NCBI GenBank assembly: GCA_040182905.1
Contig: JARQWU010000101.1
Span: forward strand, 1 to 32,637
Length of the DNA stretch: 32,637 nt
Source of the DNA: Barthelona sp. PAP020
Taxonomy: Eukaryota
Reading direction: 5' to 3'
Shown here piece by piece: positions 10,268 through 20,245 of the stretch (position 1 is the stretch's first letter; each line of letters begins with the position of its first letter). The notes beneath the pieces were generated by a model. It had not been told where the DNA came from. It searched no databases and was given only the letters and a program-made list of their open reading frames with translations. The position numbers and the translations under genes were made by a program.

Positions 10268-11321
10268 ATGAAAGATGTGATTGAATTAAAAGAAGAATTA
10301 TTGCATAGAATTGATGATAAACCAATATTTGAAACCATTCTTGGAAAAATTTATTGATGTGAATATTAGAATAAAAATGTCTTTTTAAAAGAGATTTTTC
10401 TTAAAAAAGAATCTTTTGATGATGATTTGTTTGAAAAATATAAGTAGTTAAGAGTATTTTCATTAAAATTCATTGGGTATGTAAATAATTTTGGAATGAT
10501 GTATGAATATGATGAAAAAATAAGTGATAATATGACCAATTTATTTTCTTTATCAAATGATATGGAATTTTGTGATGTTTGGGGAATAGTTGATATTTTT
10601 TACAGAATTGCCGAAATTATGAATTTTTCCCAACAAATTGTAGTTATCATGGTTATTTATCCAATGAATCAATCATTTTGAATATTGATGACAAATTAGA
10701 TGTTAATATTATTGATTTTGAATTCAAAGACATTTTCAAAAGTGAGATTGTTAAAAAATTTAATTCAAAACTTTTGATAATTCGATTTAACTATTTGGCC
10801 CCTGAATATATCGATAAAAGTTTGTGTAGAATCGACATTCAGAGTGATCACCATTGCACATTGCCAGTTGATATGGACATATTGATATGGTCAAATCATT
10901 GTGTTTTTGTATACCAGTGGATATTTCAAATAATTTAAAATTTACCCTGGCAATGTTGGCTTGTCAAAACAATCATTTTTCTGTCTTAAAAGAATTATGG
11001 AGGTTTTCACCAGATTTGTCCTTAAAGAATTCAGATGGTTCAAATTGTTTGATCATCAGCTGTGCAAATGGACATTTAGATGTTCTTCATTGGCTATTAA
11101 ACAATTTTGTTGATGTGAACGATGTTAATAATGATGGTAATAGTTCTTTTATATATGCAGTTTTCATCAATAATTTTGAATTGTGTAAAATGCTTTTGGA
11201 TTATGGAGCTGATCCAGAGTCAAAAAATTTACAAGGGTTGTGTCCTTTGTCAATTGTATTATCCAATTCAAATGATAACATTTTTGATTTGTTGCAAAGA
11301 CATCTTAAAAGTGTTAGATGA
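10268..11321 (+). pseudogene. Disrupted protein kinase-like + ankyrin repeat gene
   Basis: From ATG 10268: ...GKIY*CEY*NKNVFLKEI...K*LRVFSLKFIGY...MMYEY, with stops at 10355, 10367 and 10445. A frameshift near 10625 leads into YHGYLSNESIIL...IIDF...YLAPE...ILIWS. A second shift near 10890-10935 leads into 3-4 ankyrin repeats (ORF 10887-11321). Confidence 0.75.
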
Positions 11322-11547
11322 ATGATAAATTTCTTTTTTTTTTTTGCTGTTTCTGTTTCTGTTTGCAATTTTGAACATAACTCTCTACATTTTTTAAAAA
11401 CTTGTTTGAAATGATTACATATTTCTTTTTGATGCAAATATAAATTTCAAAGATTTTTTTTGGTGCTAACAAAAAGAAAGGGAGAAAAGAAGAAAAAACG
11501 TAACTTTTTTTTTTCTTCAATTCTTTCTTTTTTTTTTTTGCAAGAAA

Positions 11548-13320
11548 ATGGATATTGTCAATTTGGTTTTAGAAACTGATTCCGCTCATCGTTATGAGGG
11601 TGTTGAAAATGATTTACATCCTTTAGAACAATTGAAACAACAAGGATGGGATTATTCAATGCCAACATTGGAACCACAATACCGTCAAAATTTTAGTATT
11701 GTTCCTGATCTCAAGCAGTTCAAACAAAAATTTTTTGACAGATTTCCCATCATGAAGAATGTTAACATGGAGAATCTTTTTTTAGCTGGTGGTTGTGTTG
11801 AAACATCTGTTAAAGTTCAACCAGAATTTGGTCGTTTTGGTTTCGCTAATGCCCCTCGCATGGCTTTTGGTGGTAGGTATCAATCTAGGATTGCAAGTTC
11901 ATCTGATACACAAGATTTGGACATTTTCCTTTGGGGTCTAAATACACCTGAAGATGCCACTGCTAGAATTATGAAGTTTATTGAGGATTTGAAAGAGTCC
12001 AATTACAATCGTTGTCTTCTTGAATATATCAATCAAACAGCAGCTTCCTTTGCAGAAAAGGATGCTCCTGTTGGAATTCAGCCTCAATCTCATGGAAAAA
12101 TGAAAAGAATGGGAAAGGGATATGCAATGCAACAACAACAACAATTTGGATATAATTCTGGATTTAATTCTGGATTTGGTTTTTCTACATCGGCTAATGC
12201 TAACATCAAAGTTGATAATGAAAAGAAGAATGAAATTGTTGAAGAATTGAAATTATTGAAGACTGAAAGAGTTGGCACAAATATTGTTTTTGTTTTGACT
12301 GATGAAGAAAAAGAAGAGTTGGAAAAGAAATATCCTGGTGTTGCTGACCATCGTATCAGTTTGCCTTCCATTAAATGTAACAGAACTCGTAACGCTGTTT
12401 CTATTAATATTCATGGTTATGTTATTCAAATCATCTTAAGATTGTACAAGACAAAATCAGAAATTTTACATGGATTTGATATTGGTTCTTCTGCGGTTGG
12501 TTTTGACGGTGAAAATGTGTGGTTTACTTCCTTGAGTAAGTTTGCGTTCACATATGGATATAATATTATTGATCCCAGCAGACGTTCGACAACATATGAA
12601 ATGAGATTGAAGAAGTATTTTGACCGTGGTTTTGGTATTATTATGCCTCAATTTGATTTGAATGCTGTTTCTATGCACAATTTGGGATGGAATTTGGTTG
12701 AAGCTATTTCTTTACCCTTCTTGCCTTTTGGTGTCTCATCCATTTCTGGTAACAGATTAACTTTCAGTCAGTGGTTAAACAGTGGAAAAACTCATGGATA
12801 TGGTTTTGATGATAATGCTGTTGTGGATCAAGAGCTTGCATGTGATTATGCCACAGGTTCAACAGATAAGAGAGCAACAATGAATAAGAATATTCGTGCC
12901 TTGGTAAACGGACACACTGATCTCATTCATTTGGCCATTGGTTGGGATGAAAACATCATTGAAGAACCTGCTTTTATTGGAATTCAAGGAATCATGGATT
13001 ATTATTCCAACACTGCTTACGAAATTTACTCCAGACAAAAATTGTGCATTAGCAAATTGAAGAAAAATATCACTGTCATTGATCATTGTGAAATTGTTTC
13101 TCATTTGGTTGGAGATGATTGTTCTGATCCTATGGGATATATTAGCGAAATTGTTCAAAAACAACAAGAATTTGCTATTCAAGAATATAAGGACAAAATT
13201 GCTAATCAATCAAATGAACTCCAATTTATTGTTAAAAACCCTGGTTCTCAATTGACTTCAAGTGTAAATCCTATTTTTGAAGATCCTTCAAAATGGTATG
13301 GTAACTATTTCAGTAGTTAA
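11548..13320 (+). CDS. Pol-beta-superfamily nucleotidyltransferase-like protein of unknown function
   Basis: hhAGGxV ... DLDIF motif, then IQIILRLY...EILHGFD...VGFDG...SRRSTTYEMRLKKYFDRGF, and C-terminal NPGSQLTSSVNP...WYG. Confidence 0.7.
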   Translation: MDIVNLVLETDSAHRYEGVENDLHPLEQLKQQGWDYSMPTLEPQYRQNFSIVPDLKQFKQKFFDRFPIMKNVNMENLFLAGGCVETSVKVQPEFGRFGFANAPRMAFGGRYQSRIASSSDTQDLDIFLWGLNTPEDATARIMKFIEDLKESNYNRCLLEYINQTAASFAEKDAPVGIQPQSHGKMKRMGKGYAMQQQQQFGYNSGFNSGFGFSTSANANIKVDNEKKNEIVEELKLLKTERVGTNIVFVLTDEEKEELEKKYPGVADHRISLPSIKCNRTRNAVSINIHGYVIQIILRLYKTKSEILHGFDIGSSAVGFDGENVWFTSLSKFAFTYGYNIIDPSRRSTTYEMRLKKYFDRGFGIIMPQFDLNAVSMHNLGWNLVEAISLPFLPFGVSSISGNRLTFSQWLNSGKTHGYGFDDNAVVDQELACDYATGSTDKRATMNKNIRALVNGHTDLIHLAIGWDENIIEEPAFIGIQGIMDYYSNTAYEIYSRQKLCISKLKKNITVIDHCEIVSHLVGDDCSDPMGYISEIVQKQQEFAIQEYKDKIANQSNELQFIVKNPGSQLTSSVNPIFEDPSKWYGNYFSS

Positions 13321-13757
13321 TTGCTTTGTTTTAATTATGTATTAATTGTTTTTTTTGTCAATAAAAGTGTTCATTTCTTTTTCTTTTTTTAAATTTTTCA
13401 GTTGAATTGTGGAGCTCTTTTTAGAAAATAGTTTGAAATGTTCATAAAAAATTTCTAAGATTAAACTTTTCTGTCAAATTTATAGTGTTTCAACTTCTTT
13501 TGCGTCAAAAACATAATTTTTGTTTTCCTCAACAATAATTTTGATCATTAAATAAGAAACAAATAATTATTCCCCACAAAAATAGGCATTAATATTTAGG
13601 AACCACAAATGATCAAAATAAATGTATTTCAAATTTTATTCATATTTAATGGACTGATCATCATTTGCCTAGTTCTCTTCAAGTTTATTTGAATTTGGGA
13701 AATCTTTAAAACAATAAAAAATGCCATTTACAAAAAAAAAAACAAATTTAGTTCTTT

Positions 13758-15080
13758 CTACTCAACCCAATCATCATCACTATAGTCATCATCAATATAG
13801 GAGTCTAAGTCTGCACCCCAAGGGGTAATTCCACCTTGATATTCACACATCATGTCATTTACATGGGATAATGCTTCACAAAACATCATTTCAATATCAA
13901 TATCTTCAAAAGAGGATAATGCAGAATATTGAGAAAGAAAGCTCTTTTTTTTAGGAAAATTCTTTTCCCAATTTGATAAAACGCTTCTAAAAACAGGGGA
14001 ATTTAACAAGAATGTACGGGAATTTATCAAATTAGCCTTGTTTTTAAGAAAACTTGTGTCCACTTTCCCCAACAACATTTCATCAAACAACCATCCATTA
14101 TCAAATGGAAAATTTCTGTAATTCATTGATTTTTGCTGCCACATTTCTTTCAATTCAAGTTTTTCATTGAATAATGAGCCCATACCTCTTATCAGATATG
14201 CCGAGCCCAAATTTTGATGTTTTTCGCTTGAGTTATCGATATTGCAAAAATAATTTTCATTAGCAAGAATATTTTGAATTGTTTCTGTCCTGCTAATAAG
14301 AATATTATTAACTCTTGGAAAAGATACTAAATTTGTGGCTAATTTGTTCAAACTAACTCCAGATTCACCACAAAAACGCATTCCAACAGTAATATCAGCC
14401 ATAGTATCTCCCATTTTTCGATTATATTCACCAAAGTTATTTAAACTACAATGTTTTGATGCACTTAACCCATCATTATCAAACATAAAATTAATATTAC
14501 AATCATGTAAACTCTCAAACCCCATTATTGTGTTCATATTTTCAATTGCTGTTGATAATGTAGGTGAAGGCAATTGACAAAAGGAAAATATCCCCTTATT
14601 ACAATACCATGAATGCAGTGATTTTATCAATTCACAACTCAAACCACTTGTTCCTCCACATAATGAAAAACACAATTGAAACCCCCCAAACGAATCACAT
14701 TTCTCAATTATTTGTCTCAAACGTTCATCAATTTGCCTTATAAGTTCATCTTTCTCATAATCAACATTTCCAAAATAAAATACATTTTTTGTTCCATACT
14801 TTCCAGTAAAAAAATTCAATGGAGAATAAAAATAACCATATTTGGACGTTTTTATTGAGTCAAGACATGTTGGTTCCAAATCGATCAATAAAGAATGAGG
14901 AATATATTTTCCTTCCTTATTTTCCAAAAAATATCTCCCAATATTATCTTTTTGATAATCACTGTATCCTTGATAACATCCTAATTCATTGATTCCATGC
15001 TCATCTGCAATTTTGGCCCAGAATTCATTTCCAATCAAATTTCCAGTCTTTCCTATTTGTAATTGTATTATTTCACTCAT
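13758..15080 (-). CDS. Highly divergent beta-tubulin-like protein
   Basis: MSEIIQLQIG..GNLIGNEFW..IADEHGI, LIDLEP, EKCDSFGGFQLCFSL, LNKLATNLVSFPR, and EMMFCEALSHVNDMMCEYQ (compare beta-tubulin EMEFTEAESNMNDLVSEYQ), plus an acidic tail. Confidence 0.88.
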   Translation of the reverse strand: MSEIIQLQIGKTGNLIGNEFWAKIADEHGINELGCYQGYSDYQKDNIGRYFLENKEGKYIPHSLLIDLEPTCLDSIKTSKYGYFYSPLNFFTGKYGTKNVFYFGNVDYEKDELIRQIDERLRQIIEKCDSFGGFQLCFSLCGGTSGLSCELIKSLHSWYCNKGIFSFCQLPSPTLSTAIENMNTIMGFESLHDCNINFMFDNDGLSASKHCSLNNFGEYNRKMGDTMADITVGMRFCGESGVSLNKLATNLVSFPRVNNILISRTETIQNILANENYFCNIDNSSEKHQNLGSAYLIRGMGSLFNEKLELKEMWQQKSMNYRNFPFDNGWLFDEMLLGKVDTSFLKNKANLINSRTFLLNSPVFRSVLSNWEKNFPKKKSFLSQYSALSSFEDIDIEMMFCEALSHVNDMMCEYQGGITPWGADLDSYIDDDYSDDDWVE

Positions 15081-15206
15081 GTACGGAAAAAATTCATCTC
15101 ATCTATTAAAATTGCAAAATTTAACAAAAAACAAAAAAAAAACGAAAAATGAATTTGTTTATAATCTAAAAGAAAAATCCATCGAAAAAATAAAGACTAA
15201 CAATTA

Positions 15207-16406
15207 TCATAATGTAATAACAGTTGACAAGGCAAGAATGCCAACCAAAATTGGGGTGCAAATAATAAAACCGAAAAGAATACTTTTTGCTGCAACTTCT
15301 GGTTGGGAATTATAATGTTGAGACAAAACATAATATAAAAGAGCGGAAGGTGCAGCGTTACACATGGTGGAAGCCCAAACAACTTCACTAGAAATAGATT
15401 TAAATGGCAAAATGAAAATAAAAAATAGGAAAGGGCAAACAACCAATTTTAAAAATGCAAAGAATGATGGTTCAAAAAATCCACTCTTTGGGATGTCAGG
15501 GCTGCTTAAAGTTAATCCTAAGCCAAATAAACCAATAGGAACGAGTGAATTTTTAATCGGAACGATTAAATCATTGATTGTACTCACAATAATATTATTT
15601 GAAAGACCCATTAACCCAATAGGGAACCCAATTACAACAGCAATGATTAAAGGACTAAAAAACGATTGCTTCAACACCTTGAACATTGAGAATTCAATAT
15701 CATCAACATCATCTGAAAGATTTTGTTCAGTATCTTCTGTTTCTTCTGTTTCTTCAGGAAGATCAACAACAATATTGTCAATTTTAGAAATTTCTTGATC
15801 AGATGAATCTGCATTTTCAAATGGTGGCAAATCAAGTTCTACTTGTTGTTCTAAAGTGTCTGATGGATCAATTACTGCGGAATCATTTGATATCTTTTGT
15901 GCAACATTTTTATTTTTGTTTTTGCATCTGTCATATTCAATAAGAATTTTTGCTAATGGGAACACAATAACAGAACCTGGAGCAGTAATCACACTCGGGA
16001 TTGTATAAACAATGAAAGTATTATCTGAACCGTATAACGCCGAAAAAACGGGAACCAAAACTAAAAGAATCATACCAAAATTAGAACCGATGGCATTCAG
16101 GGCAAAACTAGTCAAAGAATATTTTCGTAATCTTGAATACAAATAAACAGCTAAACCAACAATAATTTGGACAAAAAAAGTAATGAAAAAAGGAATCAAT
16201 AATTCCTTTGGAATTGTACTTGCACTCAATGAATAAAAAAACAATGCAGGAAAAGCAAATTTTGACACATAAGAATTGAAAAAGCCTGCAGCTTCCTTAG
16301 AATCACCAAAAATTTTAATTTTTTGGGCTAAAACTCCCAAAACAACACATACAATAATTGATCCACAAGCAACCAATAATTTGACTGTGGCTTTCAATAA
16401 CTCCAT
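15207..16406 (-). CDS. AEC/PIN-like (auxin efflux carrier, Mem_trans) transporter
   Basis: YVSKFAFPALFF, SN.G, SPLIIAVVIG, PIGLFGLG, LKLVVCP and AAPSA motifs; 5+5 TM helices split by an acidic loop. Confidence 0.85.
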   Translation of the reverse strand: MELLKATVKLLVACGSIIVCVVLGVLAQKIKIFGDSKEAAGFFNSYVSKFAFPALFFYSLSASTIPKELLIPFFITFFVQIIVGLAVYLYSRLRKYSLTSFALNAIGSNFGMILLVLVPVFSALYGSDNTFIVYTIPSVITAPGSVIVFPLAKILIEYDRCKNKNKNVAQKISNDSAVIDPSDTLEQQVELDLPPFENADSSDQEISKIDNIVVDLPEETEETEDTEQNLSDDVDDIEFSMFKVLKQSFFSPLIIAVVIGFPIGLMGLSNNIIVSTINDLIVPIKNSLVPIGLFGLGLTLSSPDIPKSGFFEPSFFAFLKLVVCPFLFFIFILPFKSISSEVVWASTMCNAAPSALLYYVLSQHYNSQPEVAAKSILFGFIICTPILVGILALSTVITL

Positions 16407-16603
16407 TTGAAAAAAGGAAAATAATTTTTTTTTTTCTTTTTAAAGACTTTTATTGATAATCTTCTTTTTAAAAACTTATTTATTTGTTATTTATTATTTT
16501 CTTAGAAATAATTTATGAAGCAAGCAACAAATAATTGTAATTTTTGATTGAAAAAAAAAAAAAATTGCAATAAATTTGATCAAATATCATTTATATAAAA
16601 AGT

Positions 16604-18256
16604 TCAAAAGTTTTGAGGAGGATTTGTTGGTCCATCGAATAAATTTTTTGAAGATATTGTGTAAGCAGAAGAATAAGGGATAGAATTCAATTTTTTTCTT
16701 AAATCTTGAATTGAAGGAGAAGTAACAACTCCAGTTTGTTCGGTACATATTTGATTATTTTGAATATTACTAGTTACAAATGATTTATCCAATTCTTCCA
16801 TTTTTGGTGTTAATACATACAAATTTGATTCTTCTATTTCTTCATTATCAGCAATGTCATCAATTTTAACTGGAGAACTTAAAATTGGAGAAGATAATTT
16901 TGAAATGGGACTTGCAAAAATATCAAAATTATGATTTAAAAGATCAAGGATTTCTAGTTCAATGTTGTTTATTGAAAGCAAATAATTCTCAGAAAGGCAG
17001 TCAATATTTTCTGATGTTTCGATAGTTTCAAACTTTTCATCATCTTCTATAAATTTTTGTTTTTCTTTGATTAAGAAGACCAATTTGTTTAATTTTGTTT
17101 CCAAAATTTCCAAATTTTCAAAATATCTCTTCTTATTCTTTATCAATTGATTAATTTCTTTTTTTAAATCAACATTTTGTTTTGATATGGCCTGTAAATT
17201 TAGTAAATTTTCCTTTAAATCAACATTTTGTTTGGAAATATCTGCAAATTCAAGTTCTTTTTTTCTTCCAAAATCAATCATGTTGGCTTGACATTCATTT
17301 AACAGATTTCTCAATTCTTGTTTATCTTCGTTCAAACCAACAATTATGGTTTCTTTTTTATGAAGTTCATTCAACAATTCTTGTTCTTTTTCTTTAAATT
17401 TCCAAAGAGTTTCATCATTACTTTTCAATAATTCTTCATATTTTTTTTGAAATTCATCATCATATTCGTTTACGTTTTTTTCATCGTTCAAAATCGTTGA
17501 TTTTATTTCTTCTGGCACGTAAAAAACAATATGATTTTCTTCATAATGTTTCAGTCTTTCAACTGCCTCATTGTATTTCATTTTTATTTCTTTTAACTCA
17601 TCTTCCAAGAAAATTACTTTTCCACGTAACTTTCCAATTATGGGATATTCAGTAATTGGAACTTCAGAATTCAATAAGGAAACTTTGCACACATCATTTT
17701 CCACTCGAAATTTCGAATTTTCATCAAATGATTCCTGTTTTTTCTCTTCATCATTTTCCATCATATTATCAAAATTATCTTCAGATGTTGACTTCTCGTG
17801 TTCGTTTTCTGCCAAAAATTCAATGTTCTCATCCGTTTCAATAAATTCTTCATTAAATTCTTTTTCTTTTGTATTGACAGTTTCATTTAAAAGAATATTT
17901 TGTGTGTATTTCTCATCAACATTTTCAAAAACACCATTGTCAATTGTCTCAGAAATTCCATTTTTTTCTTCTTTTTCAGTATTAATGACCTTTTTTTGAT
18001 AAATATCGTCATTATATGATAATTTTTCAAAATTTTCTTCACAATTATTTTTGATTGTACTCTCATCAACTGAAAGACCCATTTGTTCTGTGTTTTCGTC
18101 ATGAGAACTTTCCATCTCAATTTCTTTTTCCTTGGAAACTAATTGATTTTCATGTTCAACCTCATCAAATCTATTTGAATAAAATTCATAGTTTTCATCA
18201 TTTTGTTCATCACTTTCAATATTATTTGTGCGTTGCATAACTAATTCTTCTTGCAT
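16604..18256 (-). CDS. Acidic coiled-coil protein of unknown function
   Basis: Long E/N/K-rich ORF; first ATG at 18256 (MQEEL); internal duplication ISKQNVDLK x2. Confidence 0.75.
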   Translation of the reverse strand: MQEELVMQRTNNIESDEQNDENYEFYSNRFDEVEHENQLVSKEKEIEMESSHDENTEQMGLSVDESTIKNNCEENFEKLSYNDDIYQKKVINTEKEEKNGISETIDNGVFENVDEKYTQNILLNETVNTKEKEFNEEFIETDENIEFLAENEHEKSTSEDNFDNMMENDEEKKQESFDENSKFRVENDVCKVSLLNSEVPITEYPIIGKLRGKVIFLEDELKEIKMKYNEAVERLKHYEENHIVFYVPEEIKSTILNDEKNVNEYDDEFQKKYEELLKSNDETLWKFKEKEQELLNELHKKETIIVGLNEDKQELRNLLNECQANMIDFGRKKELEFADISKQNVDLKENLLNLQAISKQNVDLKKEINQLIKNKKRYFENLEILETKLNKLVFLIKEKQKFIEDDEKFETIETSENIDCLSENYLLSINNIELEILDLLNHNFDIFASPISKLSSPILSSPVKIDDIADNEEIEESNLYVLTPKMEELDKSFVTSNIQNNQICTEQTGVVTSPSIQDLRKKLNSIPYSSAYTISSKNLFDGPTNPPQNF

Positions 18257-18368
18257 TTTTGAGGATTTTTGTTTAAGAAATGGCAAAGAATGAAAAATAA
18301 TTTTTTGTGTTGTGAAAAAGACAAAAAAAAATTAAATAAATATATGTTTATAATAATAATGAAAGTGA

Positions 18369-19625
18369 CTATTGAATTGGAGAAATAACAATAGGCTCAG
18401 GTTGAGATTCCATGCTTTTAATTGCAGCATTGACATCTTTCAATCCATTACCTGTTGAAAGAACAACAATGGATGAATTTTTATTAACTAAGTTCAATCT
18501 GACGGCTTTAAACAATCCTGCAAATGCAGTTGCTGCAGCAGGTTCAGTAAAAACACCAGTCTTTGAGGCAACAACTCTAATAGCTTCTAAAATTTCATCA
18601 TCTTCAACATCCAACATCACACCATCAGTATTTCTAACAGCTCTAACAGCTCGAATAGCATCAGAAGGTTCCCCTGCAGAAATTGAATCAGCAACTGTAT
18701 TGCAAGGTTGAGGTGGCATGTTTTTAATTTCTTCGTACGACATATTTTCTTCAAATGCCTTCGCAAGTGCTCTGCTATTACTGGATTGAATTCCATACAT
18801 TTTGGGTATTTTATCAATCAAACCAACATGATACAAATCGTAAAATCCCTTTTGTACACCTGTAATAATATTACCATCACCAACACTCACAAAGACGGCA
18901 TCAGGTGCTTTAAAGCCTCCTGATTCATCAGCTAATTGCTCAGCAATTTCAAACGAGACAGTTTTTTTTCCTTCAGAAGTGAAACAATTGAAACCAGTTG
19001 AGCGACAAAAATAACCATGTTCACGAACAGCTTTCATACATGCTTTCACTGCTTCATCATATACACCATCAACAAGAATAACTTCTGCGCCATATAAACG
19101 CATTTGGGTGATTTTAGAAATTGGAGCAGACTTTGGAGCAAAAATAATAGCTTTTTCACCCATAGAAGCAGCCATAGCAGCCAAAGCAGCCCCAGCATTT
19201 CCAGTGGTAGCAGTGGCTATTGTTTCATATCCAAGATACCTTTTTAATACAACTAAAAAAGATGAAGCTCGATCTTTTAACGAGGCAGAAGGGTTAGCTC
19301 CTTCGTTTTTGATAAAAATTTCCTTTATTCCCAACATTTTTGCCAAAGCAGAAGATGAATAAAGAGGAGAATTTCCGACTACTAATTCAGGAACTTCACA
19401 CTCTTTACCAATAGGCAAAAATGGCATATAACGATACATTCCTTTTTTTGAGGAAAATCCATTCTCCTTAATATCTTTTTTAATAGCTTCATAATCAAAA
19501 ACTACATCAAAATTACTGGAACAATCAGGACAAATATAATCATCAAGTTCAGTAAATTCTTTTCCACAATAACAACACTTAAACTTCTTTAAATGACCTA
19601 AATTGTCAACCTTAAACAATGACAT
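18369..19625 (-). CDS. thrC: Threonine synthase, prokaryote-type (fold-type II PLP enzyme with N-terminal Zn ribbon)
   Basis: CCYC...CPDC, KNEGANPSASLKDR (PLP lysine), ATTGNAG, EGKKT, VGDGNI, EPAAA, TGNGLKD. First ATG at 19625. Confidence 0.88.
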   Translation of the reverse strand: MSLFKVDNLGHLKKFKCCYCGKEFTELDDYICPDCSSNFDVVFDYEAIKKDIKENGFSSKKGMYRYMPFLPIGKECEVPELVVGNSPLYSSSALAKMLGIKEIFIKNEGANPSASLKDRASSFLVVLKRYLGYETIATATTGNAGAALAAMAASMGEKAIIFAPKSAPISKITQMRLYGAEVILVDGVYDEAVKACMKAVREHGYFCRSTGFNCFTSEGKKTVSFEIAEQLADESGGFKAPDAVFVSVGDGNIITGVQKGFYDLYHVGLIDKIPKMYGIQSSNSRALAKAFEENMSYEEIKNMPPQPCNTVADSISAGEPSDAIRAVRAVRNTDGVMLDVEDDEILEAIRVVASKTGVFTEPAAATAFAGLFKAVRLNLVNKNSSIVVLSTGNGLKDVNAAIKSMESQPEPIVISPIQ

Positions 19626-19956
19626 TGGAAACAAATTAAATGAATAAATTCATTCATCAGTCTGGTTCAAATCCAAGAATTTTTTTGACTTCTTTCTTTT
19701 TATTTTAAACATTAATAAATGCATATATTCATGGTGAAAGGGAAAAATCCAAAACAAAAATAAAAAATAAATGTTCAATTCCCCTACTCACAGTTTATTC
19801 AATCAAAAAGAGTCTTAATTGGTCGCTATTACTTTGAATTTCAAATCAAACAATTTAGAATTTCTCAAAATTCTGAGTTTGAAACTTTTAAAACCTTTAA
19901 CAAAAATTGAAGGTGTTTATTTGTTTTTTTTTTGCTTTTACAATTTTCTTTCAAAA

Positions 19957-20094
19957 GTATGTTATTATTGAATTTATTTTTGCGGTGATTATTCCATATT
20001 GCTACTCCTGAACATGTTCTCTTATTGTAGTGATGACTTCACCAAGATCGCTGAGCACTTTTAATTTTTTTTTTTAAATGTTTCTAATTAATAG
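19957..20094 (+). other. Spliceosomal intron 1 of a snoRNA host transcript (138 nt)
   Basis: 5' site GTATGT at 19957; branch point plus acceptor TTCTAATTAATAG ending at 20094; encloses the U24-like snoRNA. Confidence 0.72.
19981..20057 (+). ncRNA. SNORD24: Box C/D snoRNA, U24/snR24 homolog
   Basis: Terminal TGC/GCA stem; box C GTGATTA 19985; D' CTGA 20008; C' GTGATGA 20030; D CTGA 20051. Guides TATTGCTACT and CACCAAGATC are antisense to the conserved LSU rRNA GAUCUUGGUGGUAGUAGCAA. The +5 rule points to the yeast Cm1437 and Am1449 equivalents. Confidence 0.9.
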
Positions 20095-20245
20095 GTTTGT
20101 TTATATGATGTGTGCAAGTTTTTTAATGATTAAAAACATACAGACATGGTTTCGCGACTATTTTGTCTTAGATAAGCCTTATGCTGATTGTCTTGGCTGG
20201 CTGAATTTTTTTTATCGATTTGAATAACATAATTCTAACATTTAG
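20095..20245 (+). other. Spliceosomal intron 2 of the snoRNA host transcript (151 nt), directly abutting intron 1
   Basis: GTTTGT starts immediately after the AG at 20094; branch point plus acceptor TTCTAACATTTAG ends at 20245; encloses the SNORD53-like snoRNA. Confidence 0.68.
20122..20208 (+). ncRNA. SNORD53: Box C/D snoRNA, SNORD53 (U53)/SNORD92-family homolog
   Basis: Box C ATGATTA 20126 (alternative ATGATGT 20105); C'-like TGCTGA 20182; D CTGA 20201. Elements TGGTTTCGC (20147-20155) and CTTGGCTG (20192-20199) are antisense to adjacent parts of the LSU sequence GCGAAACCACAGCCAAG, the same two-part arrangement I recall for U53. Confidence 0.8.

Noticed and set aside
10355..10447. Stop-codon reassignment or selenocysteine to explain the in-frame TGA/TAG codons
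   Set aside because: TAA, TAG and TGA all terminate intact genes in this window, and the same locus also has frameshifts.
13597..13672. Hairpin CAAATGAT/ATCATTTG with C/D-box-like or SECIS-like words
   Set aside because: Short and AT-rich, with no recognisable rRNA guide, and neither neighbouring gene has an in-frame UGA.
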